Source: Setoptus koraiensis (Eukaryota; Animalia; Arthropoda). Taken from it: 64,000 bases of DNA. This document shows positions 39,808-52,409 of the stretch, in pieces. Where the stretch lies: the NCBI GenBank assembly GCA_048013815.1, contig CM106585.1:22196001-22260000 (forward strand), in the 5' to 3' direction. Under the pieces are notes generated by a model, which had not been told where the DNA came from, did not search any database, and saw only the letters and a list, made by a program, of their open reading frames with translations. Position 1 is the stretch's first letter. The number at the start of each line of letters is the position of its first letter. The position numbers and the translations under genes were made by a program.

Positions 39808-42800
39808 ATGACGACACAGATGACAGACAACAATGATAAGTGCAATCAGCCAACCACAACTATCATAGACACGCCAGTCAATGATGGTTCAACGGATGAA
39901 TTATTGATAGTGCTCGGCAATGAACAAAAATTATCCATCGATCCATCAACAGCTACCACCACTAAAAAGGGGGGCTGCTGTAAATCAAAACAAGCCACTA
40001 CCTTACTTCCTAAAGCCTGTGACAAACTAGCCCCAGCTGAAAAATTAAATGAAACAAGCATTGAATTGTGCTCACCAAAAGGCCACAAATCTAAACCAGA
40101 GTCAGCTGTATCTTCTCTAGATCTTCACATCACTGGTATGCGTTGTGGTAGTTGCAGCGCTAAAATCGAGCGTACTATTCAACAAGTTCCGGGAGTTTAC
40201 TCTGTTGTCATCGCTTTCTCTATAGCCAAATGTCACATAGAGTATGATAATAATCTAACCGGCCCAAGAACCTTATCGGAAAAAATCAAGTCACTTGGTT
40301 TCAGTGTTACATTGATCGAAGATTCTACCCCTGTTGATCTCATACGCAAACAACAATGTGCCGAATTAGAAAAATGGAGAAGAACTTTCCTATTATGTAT
40401 CACATTCGGATTGATAACTATGGGTGTGCATGGAAAGATGCTCTTCTCGAATGATCACCATGACTCATCTATTGGTGGTAATACCCTTATTTTACCTGGT
40501 CTGTCCGTCATGAATCTACTAATGTTTATCACGGCAACTCCTGTGCAAATCATAGGCGGCAGAGCATTTTTTCCTCAAGCCATAATAGCATTTAAAAATG
40601 GAAGGTCAAATATGGATGTTCTCATTACATTGGCGACAACTACAGCCTACTTTTACTCTACAACTGTGCTAATTTACTTCATGTTGACCAGGTCCTCTTA
40701 CAGTCCACATACATTTTACGACATACCTCCTATGCTTTTCACTTTTGTGTCGCTCGGCAGATGGTTGGAACAAATAGCTAAGGGCAAAACATCTGATGCT
40801 CTCACTAAACTGATGTACTTGCAACCCCACGAAGCCATTCTGTTGGAGGGAAAAACCGAGTATGACGAGAACTTCGACAGCGCTAAAGAAACGACGATCG
40901 ATGTAAAGTTGGTCCAAAAGAATGATATAATCAAAGTCGTCTCTGATACTAAAATACCTGTCGATGGCGTTGTTATCCAAGGAAACGCATTAGTGGACGA
41001 GAGTTTGGTTACTGGAGAGTCATTTCCTGTGGCAAAGAGTCGAGGTATGAAAGTGATCAGTGGATCACTCAATCAGCATGGATTGCTTATCGTAAAAGCT
41101 ACACTTGTTGGGAGAGATACCACTCTGGCTCAGATAGTAAGATTGGTCGAGTCAGCGCAGACAACCAAGGCACCAATACAGCATTATGCCGATCGAATCG
41201 CCAGTTACTTTGTGCCAATAATATTCTTCCTGTCTCTATTAACATTGCTTAGTTGGTTTTTAATTGGAATTATCAGTCCAAGCACCATAAGCTATTATCA
41301 CCGGGAACCCGACAACTCCTCCAGCCCATTAGAGATAAATATTGAGTTTGCCTTCCAATGTGCCCTTACACTGCTTTCTATAGCATGCCCGTGCTCTCTC
41401 GGCTTAGCGACCCCTACTGCAGTGATGGTCGGAACCGGAGTGGGAGCCATAAATGGAATCCTAATCAAAAGTGCAGAAGCCTTAGAGAATGCTCACAAGG
41501 TTACCTGTGTGGTATTTGACAAGACTGGCACTCTCACTAAAGGTACACCAAAATTGACGAAGATAACCATCTTCGGAGATTCCAAGATAGTCGGACCTTC
41601 AGGAAGTTTGTGGGCATACATAACGAAAGTATTAACATTGATAGGGTCTACAGAAAAAGATTCAAGTCATCCTTTAGCCAAGTCCTTGCACAGCTATATA
41701 AGAAGTGCATTAGATATAGAAGATTACATTAATCCTATCTCATGCGTTTCGGTTCCTGGTCGTGGTATACATGCATCCTTCAAAAATACAACAGAAGTGT
41801 TTCAAAGTATAGCAAACAAACAGAGCACCTTGAAAGATGAGATCAAGCTCTTGGAAGAAAGGTACTACCAAGCTAATAATAGCGCCAAACCTGGTGGTCC
41901 AATCGATCTCAAATCGAAGTTGCACAAAGTTGTAGATTCAAGTGTGTTATGTAAAGATGTCCGCATTAATCTCAAACTAGATCAACAGTACATCAACGAG
42001 TTTTGCGATGAATCAAAAGATGATGACATTATAAACGTCTTTGCGGGTAGTCGTGAGTGGATGATAAAAAATGATATATTCATCAGCTCCGATGTAGATG
42101 AAATCATGTGTGACCTGGAGAAATCTGGGCAGATGTCTGTTTTGTTAGCGATTGACAAGCAAATCATTGCAATTGCCTCTATGGTAGACACTATCAAACA
42201 AGAAGCTCCCATGACAATAAGAGCACTCAGAAAGATGGGTCTGAGAGTGATCCTTCTCACAGGTGATAATGAACGTACTGCCAAAACAATCGCCAAACAA
42301 GTCGGTATCAAGACAATCTACTCAGGAGTTCTTCCATCTCAAAAACTAGAAAAGATTCGTCAACTCCAACTATCAGGCTCGAAAGTCGCCATGGTCGGCG
42401 ATGGAGTAAATGATTCTCCAGCATTGGCTCAAGGTAATTTTTTTTATTTATATCAGAAAATACTCCAAGCGCATCCGAGTACCCATTACTAAAGCATGTT
42501 TTTTCTTTCTAATTCTATTCAGCCGATGTCGGGATTGCATTCACTTCTGGAAGTGATGTGGCCATTGAAGCTGCGGATATTGTCCTGGTAAAAAACGATC
42601 TACTAGATGTAGTTTGTGCCATTGATTTATCCAGGGTAACGGTTAGAAGAATTCATATGAATTTTCTTTTTGCTACCCTTTACAACTTAATTGGAATACC
42701 ACTTGCGGCGGGAATCTTCTTACCTTTGGGATTTTCTCTTAAACCCTGGATGGCTTCAGCAGCTATGGCTGCTTCATCTGTGTCAGTAGTGTGCTCCTCT

Positions 42801-42935
42801 TTGGCCCTCAAATCTTACAGAAAACCCAAAAGACATTTGTTCTTGAAAGATGCCGAAGATCCAGAACCCTTGAATGACAATAGCAACTGGTCTGATAGAG
42901 AATTATCGGATAAACTCTTGGAGGCGACAGCTTAG
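39808..42935 (+). CDS. ATP7: Copper-transporting P1B-1 ATPase, 1012 aa; join(39808..42433,42523..42935)
   Basis: GMRCGSC metal-binding domain, [46 protein letters not shown]|ADVG, TM7 YN, TM8 MAASS. Confidence 0.96.
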
Positions 42936-43377
42936 AAATAGTAGTCTGGGCCCCAGATAAGTCAACATGTTTGTGATTAAACTTTGAATGGTGTTGAATT
43001 CCATTTCAAGAAAACAAGAAGTTTTGCCAAATCTGTGCGTTATTGCCGGCGAACATTCCATTTCGGTTGCCAGTTCCCTCCAATTATACTAGTGCAGCGA
43101 TATTTATTATAATAATAATTACGCTATTCAATGGATCAATAATCTTTCGTTTTGACTGACATACAAGGGACCGGGCAACCTCACTTCCTTTTAAGAAATA
43201 TCAATCTATCTAACAGTGGTAGTATTGTTGATAATAATCATAGTGTTACTGCTTTTGTTATTATTTTATTGTTATTAGTTTGGCTTTCAATAGTGCATCT
43301 ACAGAGCATGTCGCGGTTTTTGGGTCGTCGGGTAGGGAATGTCAGGGATGATGGTTTGATTGGTATGCAACTGTAGA

Positions 43378-44831
43378 TTAAGTGGCCTCCTCTTCATCTA
43401 GATTTAAATTGACAAGAGAAATGTCTGGAAATTCCCTCTTGTGACAGTTTAGGCAGTAGGGTTTTTGGTCTGCCGCTGCCAATAGGAAATCGTTAACTTT
43501 CAGTGTCTTCATACAAAAAGAACAAGAGAAATGCCAGCAATGGAATTTCATGTTCTCGGCCAACATGCATCTTCGCTCCTCTATTTGTTTGTGACATAAT
43601 TCACAAGGTGGCCCAACCCATTCTTCTTCGCGAGCTTTGCGACGTCTGAGAGAACCGAAAGGAGGTCCATATTGAGCTGGCCCCATCTTCATCCACATGA
43701 GATTGGGATCGTCTATGCGCTTTTCATCGTCTGTAGATTATAGAACAGTTGGGGTGGATATCAAAAACAAAAAAACAAAATAACAAAATAACAAAATTAG
43801 TCAAACCTATATGTATCTCAAACTCATGAACTTCAGTTTTTCCATTGTCTCCCCGAATGGTCAACACTAGGAATCTACGTACCGATTTCATTGTCTCCAG
43901 GAAGGGGCTGAAAACGGTTTGTTGGATACGATGAAATGAGATCAAGAAGTTAGCGATAAATATTTGTTAATAGCGTCGACAATTATCATATGAGCAACTT
44001 CAACACTCTAAGCCTCTCTACGTATCTTACCTTGGCTTCATGTACTTCTCTAATCGGAATAGCTGGAAATAACTCCTGATCAAGGGTGTTAATTTCAGCC
44101 ACAGAGCTAAAACTGACTGCTTTTCTCATTGGCGGCGGAGAAATTTGCGGTTTGGGTGGTGCTGGTGGCAAAGTGAACGTCTTTTCGTCTGTCTCCTCCT
44201 CAAATGTCTCACACTTGATCACTTGAGAGCCTGGGCCTCTTCCAATGGGTGCATTTGGATTCAGTACGCTGGTTCCCTCTTCCTTTTGGTAAGTTATTGT
44301 GCACTCCTCGAAGGGTGAAATTGGCGTTGTTGTTGAGACTTCCCTTTTGGACCACTCTTGCCACTCGCGACTACTGTCTGCACTGTTTCTATCCATGGCC
44401 GGTTTGATTTCGCTATTATACCATTTGGTCCAATCGGCGCTACGATCAATATCTGCGCCTGAAGATTTAAATTTCACATTACAACTATCATTGTTATTGT
44501 TTTGTTCATCCAAATATTCAATTGTGTGCTTGCTCAATGTTACTGGCAGTTGTGAAGATTTTGAGAATACTTTTTCCTCGCGATAGGCCCCACTAGTTGG
44601 CGACGATAAGCCTCTACGATGAAGGAGCAACGACGGGCTAGATGGTGAATATTCGACGCCACTGTCTTCGCCGGTCAGATCCCAATTGAGAGCGTCGGTT
44701 TGCCCAAGTTTGTAGCTAGTGGTCATTTCTTCGCCCTTCTCAATACTGTACTCAATTTTGTCGGCTGTCCTCAACAATTCGTGATCTATGGCATCCTTGA
44801 TGAATGCGGGCACCGAGGCGAGAGAAGGCAT
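43378..44831 (-). CDS. LIM2: paralog of LIM1, ~392 aa; join(44831..44031,43907..43883,43730..43378), with a 25-nt micro-exon
   Basis: Exon 1 is homologous to LIM1 exon 1 (MTTSYKL vs MATSYQL; DIDRS..W..W; FEEETDE). A phase-0 donor and a phase-1 acceptor are bridged by tttcag|CCCCTTCCTGGAGACAATGAAATCG|gtacgt. The LIM exon is nearly identical to LIM1. Confidence 0.75.
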
Positions 44832-46149
44832 GATGATGAGCAATTTGATCTGTTCAATTAGAAATGGTGATTATTTGTTTTGGCTATTTTAATTTGTTTG
44901 TATTATATTATTGTTAGACGTTATGATATATGTGTGAGTTAGTTGGAAAATCTAGTTGAAAAAGACAGCCGTTTGATGATTAAATTCCTATAATTGGATT
45001 TGCAGATTAATATGTTAGTAAACGCAACTAGACAGCATGCTTCTTCTTGTATTGATTGCAATGATATGCTGCTCTAAATTGTTACAATTGATCAATAGCT
45101 ATTTGCATATCTTGCAGCAAAAACTCGAGAATAAATTGCACCGTAATAGATATGTATGTTTTTTCACGGTTGTTAGCACCACTGATTACTAATAGCCTGA
45201 CTGGATAAGCTGGCTGAACTGGCTAAATTCAAGTTCAAGTTCGGTCTGGCGTTTCGTTAATCGATGTCGCACCTAAGAGCTTGCACGGATATGCTCGTTG
45301 CAAAAAAGCCTTTGAGTCTGGAATGCAAACAATGAAACAGACGCAAACAAATACACAGTTAACGGACTTAGACACTGTGGGCGGGCTGGCTCTATTGGTT
45401 TGTTTGTACTATTTGTCGAGCACGCTTTTTCTCTATCGCAAAATTTATTGTAGATTCGAGCCGATTGGCGAGGTTGAGAGAATCTCAATCTGTTCGACAG
45501 TCAAACATACTCATAGACAGATGGTGTTGTTTCCTCGTTAAAATCCTCCTCATTTTAGTCAATAACTACACAAAAATACGTGTCGTGCCTTGGAAGCTCA
45601 GAATATACGACCCGACTCTTGAACTCTTTCGCTCAACAACTTTCTACTCAACTAGTGTAATCAAGAGGTGAAGAGAGTCAGAAAATATTCGTTATAATAG
45701 TGGGGATATTAGTATGCATCGCTGATACTGGCTGCACAAGCGCGATTATTACGTGGGCGTCGTTCACCTGTTGTAGTTATTGTGAGCTTGTCGCTTGCAT
45801 TCAATTTGAATGCAAGCCTGAATGTTTATTATCTCTGCTGCTGACAATATTACTCTGGTAAGTCCATCAATAACTGCAATTTAGTTTGTTTGAGTCACTT
45901 AGCTGGAAATGCAATATGGATACTGCATCCGTCTTGTTGTTGTAGGTGTAATGCTGTTGGAATGAATGGTGCTGCAACAAAATTTGTTTAATTCAAGTTA
46001 GCAGATAAATCTAATAGATTCATGAATACCTCAGATGACTAATAGTAATTATTTTACATTGACTTGTGAATGGGTTGTTGTTATGATGACTTGTGAATAT
46101 ACTTTGAATCGTCAACTATGCATTGTACGAAAACTAGGTGGGTGTCGCT

Positions 46150-46470
46150 TCGAATCGGAAGTAGGTGCCGCGATTAACTGTGCATCAGGACACCTTTTTT
46201 TGCCTGTTGTCACTGTCTCGTGTATAATTATCGCTCATTCATCATTATATTTTCTCACAAAGAACACTTTCTCTTGGCTTCAGTTGGGCGAAGACAAAGT
46301 TCATGCGTCGTCATCGCCACTCAATGATGCCAAGCTATGCAAAACCTGGAGTAAACTTGATGAGATCCATATATAGACCTCTCTGTCTAGCATGAATGCC
46401 AAGAAAACTCTGAAAATCAGATTGGATTGAACATAACTTTCGAATTCACTCAGTTCATCAACACTCTTTT
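46150..46470 (-). pseudogene. TMEM94 pseudogene fragment (weaker similarity may extend to ~45850)
   Basis: Minus translation DELSEFESYVQSNLIFRVFLAFMLDREVYIWISSSLLQVLHSLASLSGDDDA*TLSSPN*SQEKVFF aligns colinearly with TMEM94 ESLNELKSDIKFNKIFRVFLSLITGQQGYVWRSSSLLQVLGSLTSLCCIDKVGILSWPNPSPEKVFF (35270-35490). Confidence 0.92.
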
Positions 46471-47012
46471 TTTATCCGTTACATCTTGCTTTGACCGAAA
46501 TCTACCCTTGCTGATCTCATACGTAAACCATTGTGTGTTAAACTAGAGAAATGGACAAGAACCTTTCTATTGTATACAGTATTTATACTGATGACTATGG
46601 ATGCACGTAAGGAACGCTCTTCTCGATCACCATGACTCATGTATTGATGGTAAGACTCTTTCATGGTGTCTTAGCGAATGGATAGGAAAGCGCATTGATT
46701 GCGGCAACATCAACAGCAATCTATACTTTAAACAATATTCCATTCGATAATTAATTTCAATTATTACGATGATTTTGTACTTGCATTCATTGATAATATT
46801 TGGAATATTATTTCTTTGGAAAAAAAAAACACTTCGAATTAGGCGCCACGAGGAAACAGCACGTGTTAATAGGCAGTAGATAAAAACAGTTCAATTCAAC
46901 AAAAGATTTATTTTTTATCACACCCTACAAAATAGTGTTACATGTCGCAATAACAATACACCCCACTTCACCTCAATAATATCCGCCTATCTAGAGCCAG
47001 ATAAATATCAAA

Positions 47013-48434
47013 ATGACTCTAAAATTGCCGCCACCCCTTTCGGCCCAAGATGCATCGTCGTTCGCCTACAAGACCATAAAGGATAGGTTACCTGTGATTC
47101 TAGTCAAAGTGATAGATTTTCTGTACAAATTGAGAAATACTCTTAAGGACTATCCGGATTTTGTCGAGCCAAGTCATGTTCAAGATGCCGAAAAAGAAAC
47201 TAAATTTGTGATTGGTTTGATTGCCAAATTGAGAAAAGAACTCGAGACCAACAAGTCCGTGGAGTTGTTTGAAGCGATCGCATCATCAACTATCGATGAC
47301 GATATACAAGCTTGGAATTCTGCAATAAACGATAATCAGCTAAGTGACGGATCATTGCCAAGATGGTTTGATTCACCGTGGTTGCTCATGGAATGTTACA
47401 TGTACCGTAAGCTCAAGGATTGTTTTCTACAGTCAACACACCTCAAACGATTTGATCCATTTGTTGAGCAAAAGCGAGCCGCAACAACTGGCTGTCTAGT
47501 GCAAATGTCCTCGTTGGCCGACTACGTGATGACATTGCACGGCGAATTTGAAAAATTAACACTAAATACAGTCCATCCAAACGAAAGAAAACTATTCAAT
47601 TTATTTGTTCAGTTGTCGCTCTGGGCTAACAAAGCCGATCTGTCATTGTCTGGAATGAATCACGAAGCCATGAGTCACAACAAAGACGATCGTGATATTA
47701 TTGCCTCCGTAAGAAAATTGTCATCCCATATACTATGTGATAATCTGTCAGAAGTTTGGTTCAAAATACAATCCATTATCCGGAGTAACGCAGCAAAACA
47801 AAGTGAGGACACCAACACGTTTTACATCGATGTTGTCGCTGACAACTCCGGTTATGAATTATTCATGGATTTATGTCTCATGCAATATCTTACTATGATG
47901 TTTGCTAGCCGCAAAAGCAAACTTATTTTGAGACTTCATGTCAAACAAATGCCCTGGTTCGTCTCCGATGCCAATCCGCACGACGTCGACTGGTTACTGG
48001 GGTACTTGACAAAAGAGGATAAAACTGATAATTTAAGGCAATTAGCTAGCATATGGAGCACAAATATAAAGAATGAATGCTGGCAAGTGATAAGCCACAG
48101 ATTCTGGACTTTGCCTCATGATTTCTCTCAAATGAAATCAGTTTGCAACGATCTTCACTCGCAATTGGAACAGTCAAGCTTGATTATATTTAAAGGTGAT
48201 TTAAACTACAGAAAACTAACTGGAGATCTCAAATGGAACATATTGGCCCCATTCAAGACAGCTTTGCGTGGCTTCCAACCAGCGCCCTTGGTCGCCTTGA
48301 GAACTTGCAAAGCAGATGTGGTCGTTGGCATAGAAGACATGGATACATACGCAAAGATAACCAACAACCAACTACCCTCGGACTGGATGATTTCAGGGGA
48401 TTGGGGTCTGATACAGTTCGCCCAATCAATTTAG
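47013..48434 (+). CDS. ARMT1: Damage-control phosphatase ARMT1/C6orf211 (DUF89), intronless, 473 aa
   Basis: SFAYKTIKDRLPVIL, WFDSPWLLMECYMYR, DPFVEQK, DNSGYELFMD, HVKQMPWFVSD, IFKGDLNYRKL, LRTCKADVVVG. Confidence 0.95.
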   Translation: MTLKLPPPLSAQDASSFAYKTIKDRLPVILVKVIDFLYKLRNTLKDYPDFVEPSHVQDAEKETKFVIGLIAKLRKELETNKSVELFEAIASSTIDDDIQAWNSAINDNQLSDGSLPRWFDSPWLLMECYMYRKLKDCFLQSTHLKRFDPFVEQKRAATTGCLVQMSSLADYVMTLHGEFEKLTLNTVHPNERKLFNLFVQLSLWANKADLSLSGMNHEAMSHNKDDRDIIASVRKLSSHILCDNLSEVWFKIQSIIRSNAAKQSEDTNTFYIDVVADNSGYELFMDLCLMQYLTMMFASRKSKLILRLHVKQMPWFVSDANPHDVDWLLGYLTKEDKTDNLRQLASIWSTNIKNECWQVISHRFWTLPHDFSQMKSVCNDLHSQLEQSSLIIFKGDLNYRKLTGDLKWNILAPFKTALRGFQPAPLVALRTCKADVVVGIEDMDTYAKITNNQLPSDWMISGDWGLIQFAQSI

Positions 48435-49593
48435 TCTTAATCAATGATTCATGAGTCACGAAGAATTTAGCGAAAAACGGAACCAGTTTATGTTGTTCAA
48501 TATCGAATAGAGGTGGTGTAATGAAAAAAGAGAAAATGTCCAGTTTAGATAGCACTGGCAGTATCGGTGGGAGTCAAATCTATTCCATTTTTAAGCTCAA
48601 ATCTTTTATCTTCAGATGTAGTTAAAAATAAATAAAAAAAAACGGCAACAACATTGATTTCGAGCTAAATTTATCGCCTATTGTCACACACTCTAGTGTT
48701 TTACTGACTTCTGACAGAACGCCCCATGAACGTAGACCATGATCCTCTCTAGAGTTTCCAATGTCAGACACAGCCCATTGCTCAAACTACTTGCATGATT
48801 GCGAGAGGACAGCGTCTGGAATATATTAATGGGATATTTTTCTAATGAGACGTACCCTGAATCAGAGGCAATCGTGTCATTGCAGCACCACACGCATAGT
48901 CACACATACCATCCTATAATATAGTATCTTCTATAATACTAGCTGGTTTCAGGTTAATTTTTTTTTATTATTACTTTGTATTCTAATCAGACTACATTGA
49001 TAGGGATAGTCGATTGCTGATTACAATGAATGAATTGCGTGCAATGTAACGCGTTCGTTTGTAACTCCTGGAAATATAACTGATAAGTCGATCGAATATA
49101 TTCAATACTCAAGTTATTCAAAATCAAACCCGGGCAACGCGAACAATTTTTTCAATTCACAAGAAAAATCAGACGTGGAAGACAACTATGCAGATCTTCG
49201 AGCGTCTTCATTCAAATTCAATCGAAGTTTCCATAAGATACATTTGTCTTCAAAATCAGCAAAACCCACAGCAAATCAGCTATTAGCTAGATGGTGAGCT
49301 GGTTAGATTGCCTGGTTTGACGATGATGCAATTGCACATGCTCACTCTATTTGTAGTTGATTCATAATCGGAACTCATAACTCATTTATGGCACAATGAA
49401 TTCTTAAGAGTCATCAATATCAGATTATATTGTTATATGTCCTTCTGCTGGTCATTATCATTCGGAAGCAGGACAATTAGATTTATTTCGGCTCGCACGA
49501 CATCTTCGAAAGTATCGACAAATTGCAATAGTTGTTGGTCATTGCAAGCTAGACAACAATTCATCGATTGACCAGCATAAGATCTTCGTCAAG

Positions 49594-51511
49594 ATGAGTT
49601 CCTTTGAAAACGATGTGATAACTTTTGTAGCAACCTATATTGGTTGTTTAAGACCGACATATCAACTAAAAGAGAAAGTGTCTGGTGAGCATGATGGCAA
49701 ACAAATGATCGACATTAAGTTACAACGACAGCATCCACCACAATCCAATCAAGACAAAAATTTTTTTGGACGATTGCGCAAACGTTTCAGAGCAAGAATA
49801 ATCTGGTCAATAGTTGTGCTGACAAATAACAGTTTAGTTATGTTGAGTTTTTTTTCTTTATATTTGATCATTGAGCGAGATGTTCAATACACTTCTGATA
49901 GTATAAATGAGGCAGCCTTAGAAACATCATCATCATTACGAAGTGATTTGCTTTTAGCTGACATGACACGCCAGCAACAGCAACAGCATGAACAACAAAA
50001 CATCGAAAGCAATCAACAAATGATAATTAGAAACATGAAGCAACAATACACTAGTGATTATGATTTTATTCTATACACGAGATCGCGTCATAGATGTTAC
50101 TCAATTGATCCAATTTGTTACGCTGGTAACGGCAGACGTTACTCATATCTTTTGATATCGATGTACACATTGTGCCTTGTAGTGTTGAAGATGGTGTGCC
50201 TTAGAAGCAGCGATGAGGATTTGTTTATATTCTGGTGCAATTTGGCCGAATTCAGACGATTGAAACAACAACATAACAAGCTCAACCTGAATATGTTGTT
50301 CAAAGACATTCAGCGGGAGGCCAGTAAAAAATGTATCACAGTGTATGTGAAACGGCATTGGCCAATGAGCCTCATTGAAGGTTCACTATTCGGAGCAAAA
50401 TCTATGTCATTTGTATTATTACCAACTGTGATTCCGTTACTGGCTGTTTGTGCCTTATATCTGGGCATTGGCGCCAATAAAGAAGCTGGCGGCACTTTAT
50501 TAAAATTGGACAACTTGATAGATTATTTTGGTATCTTGATGGTGGCCGTTAATTTTTTTAGCTTGGCAATGTTTGTATCACTGTGGTTATTTTACGCAAC
50601 AATATGCTCTTATATGTTTCACATCAGATATTTATTGTTTATTAGGGATTTAGTGAAGTCGTCAAGTCGGCATACAGCAAACCTGAATGCAATACCAAAC
50701 GAGATTAGAGATAGGTATTATACATTGTGTAGAAACAAGGCCAAGTATACGTTCGACATACATCAATTGCAACTCAATGAGCTACTGACCAATTTTAGGC
50801 AACACAATAGATTCATGTCTGGTAAAAATGCCCTAATTACAGTGGCTTGCGTCACGTCATTGGGTGTACTAATGGCCGCTCATATTGACAACGATTCAAT
50901 AATGGCCCTGGAATTACCCTATCTCTTGTTTGCTGCATTCGTGCAAACCCTCATCTTTGGATTGTGTAGTGTCTCTTACAAAATTGTGAGTGAAATTTAA
51001 AATTCAAAATTGCAGAATTTGTACTTTATTATTCAAATATTTCTATTCTGTCATGCGCTGTAGCTTGCAACAGCATGTTGTCGCAACATATCAGAGATAA
51101 TTGATTATTGATATCACGTATTGACCATATCCGATTATATCTTGTATTTGTACCACGTCTATCTACATACAGCTTTGCGATATGAGCTTGACCATCTTTT
51201 CCATGGTGGCTCACGACGGAGATCTGGCACAGTCGATGAGACGGATCAATCTGTTGCGTACTTGGTTCCGTGATCATTCACTATTCAAGCCAACAATATT
51301 CAATGTTATCGATCTCGTATATGTGGGCCTCCTCAAAGTGAGTCACTCACAATCCACTACTAATCAATCAGCTGATACTGGCAGAATTAATTAGAGGGTT
51401 CTCGCTAATCACTGTTGTTGTGTGTTTGGCTTATTTTAGGTTATCATTTGGGAGATGTCGTTAGCCTTAACATTGAGCAGCGTGGCTAAAAAGAGACTGC
51501 TCAATTTTTAG
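49594..51511 (+). CDS. Divergent gustatory-receptor-like multi-TM chemoreceptor, ~542 aa; join(49594..50985,51173..51337,51440..51511)
   Basis: About seven hydrophobic segments. One long first exon followed by two short phase-0 3' exons (ATT|gtgagt..catacag|CTT; AAA|gtgagt..ttttag|GTT), the usual arthropod GR layout. The canonical TYxxxxxQF motif is not visible. Confidence 0.5.
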
Positions 51512-52358
51512 CCGCCGGATGCCGTTGGAATGGAGCAAAAACGCCAAAAAGCAAACAATTCTATCTAAATAGTCATGAGTCAAATGTCAAAATGTTAGCG
51601 ATAGTCACATTTGACATTTGCATTTGGTCTGACGTTTGCCTTCAATATAGATTGATTCAATAATAGTGAAAGGCAGCGCTCTCCGAGACGATGCAGCAAA
51701 CGATCTCACTTCAGTGTACAGTCGACTGCCACAGGTCTAGACAGATTTGGAAATGCCATGCTGAACTGTTATAATGAGCCTATGGAGCAGTGGAGCCCAT
51801 GGAGAGGCCAAATTAGAGTGGGGCGCAACCAACAAACAATTGTAAAGTGATTGGCCTCTCTGGCACTGAATAACACTGAATCGAACAGTATGCTGACAGT
51901 ATGCAAGACAGCAGCAGCTGCTTAACAATCACTGTAAATACATATTATGTCATTGGGTAAGATGACAAAATCCACTTAATGAACATGACTTGACTGTTTG
52001 TAGCCTCATACATGGCAACACATAAGACTAAGATTTGCTCAATCAATATCCAGTGCGATATGCGGCAAGCTCTCAATTGGAAGGGGCGCCGTATCTCGCT
52101 AATTTTGACAGGTTTAGAAATGGCGCCAAATGGGTATATATGGGTGTGTTGCGCAATGTTAGACGGTGATGCCAGTCGGTTGCCTAGCAACGCCCGACGA
52201 GCCCTTTTAAACTTGATTTCGCCCTGTCTAGACTGTACAAAACTGTGGCTTGCTATCTAGCTGCGATCTCCACTGCTCTAATTGCATTGATTGCAGCCAT
52301 TGTGCGCACTAATTGATCTAATTAATTAATGTCGCTGGTTGAGCGTCTTTTGTTTTTG

Positions 52359-52409
52359 TTGCCATTGGTTGCCGTTGGTTGCCATTGGTTGCCGTTGGTT
52401 GCCATTGGT
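52359..52409. repeat. 10-bp tandem repeat x5, alternating TGCCATTGGT/TGCCGTTGGT
   Basis: Seen directly. Confidence 0.9.
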
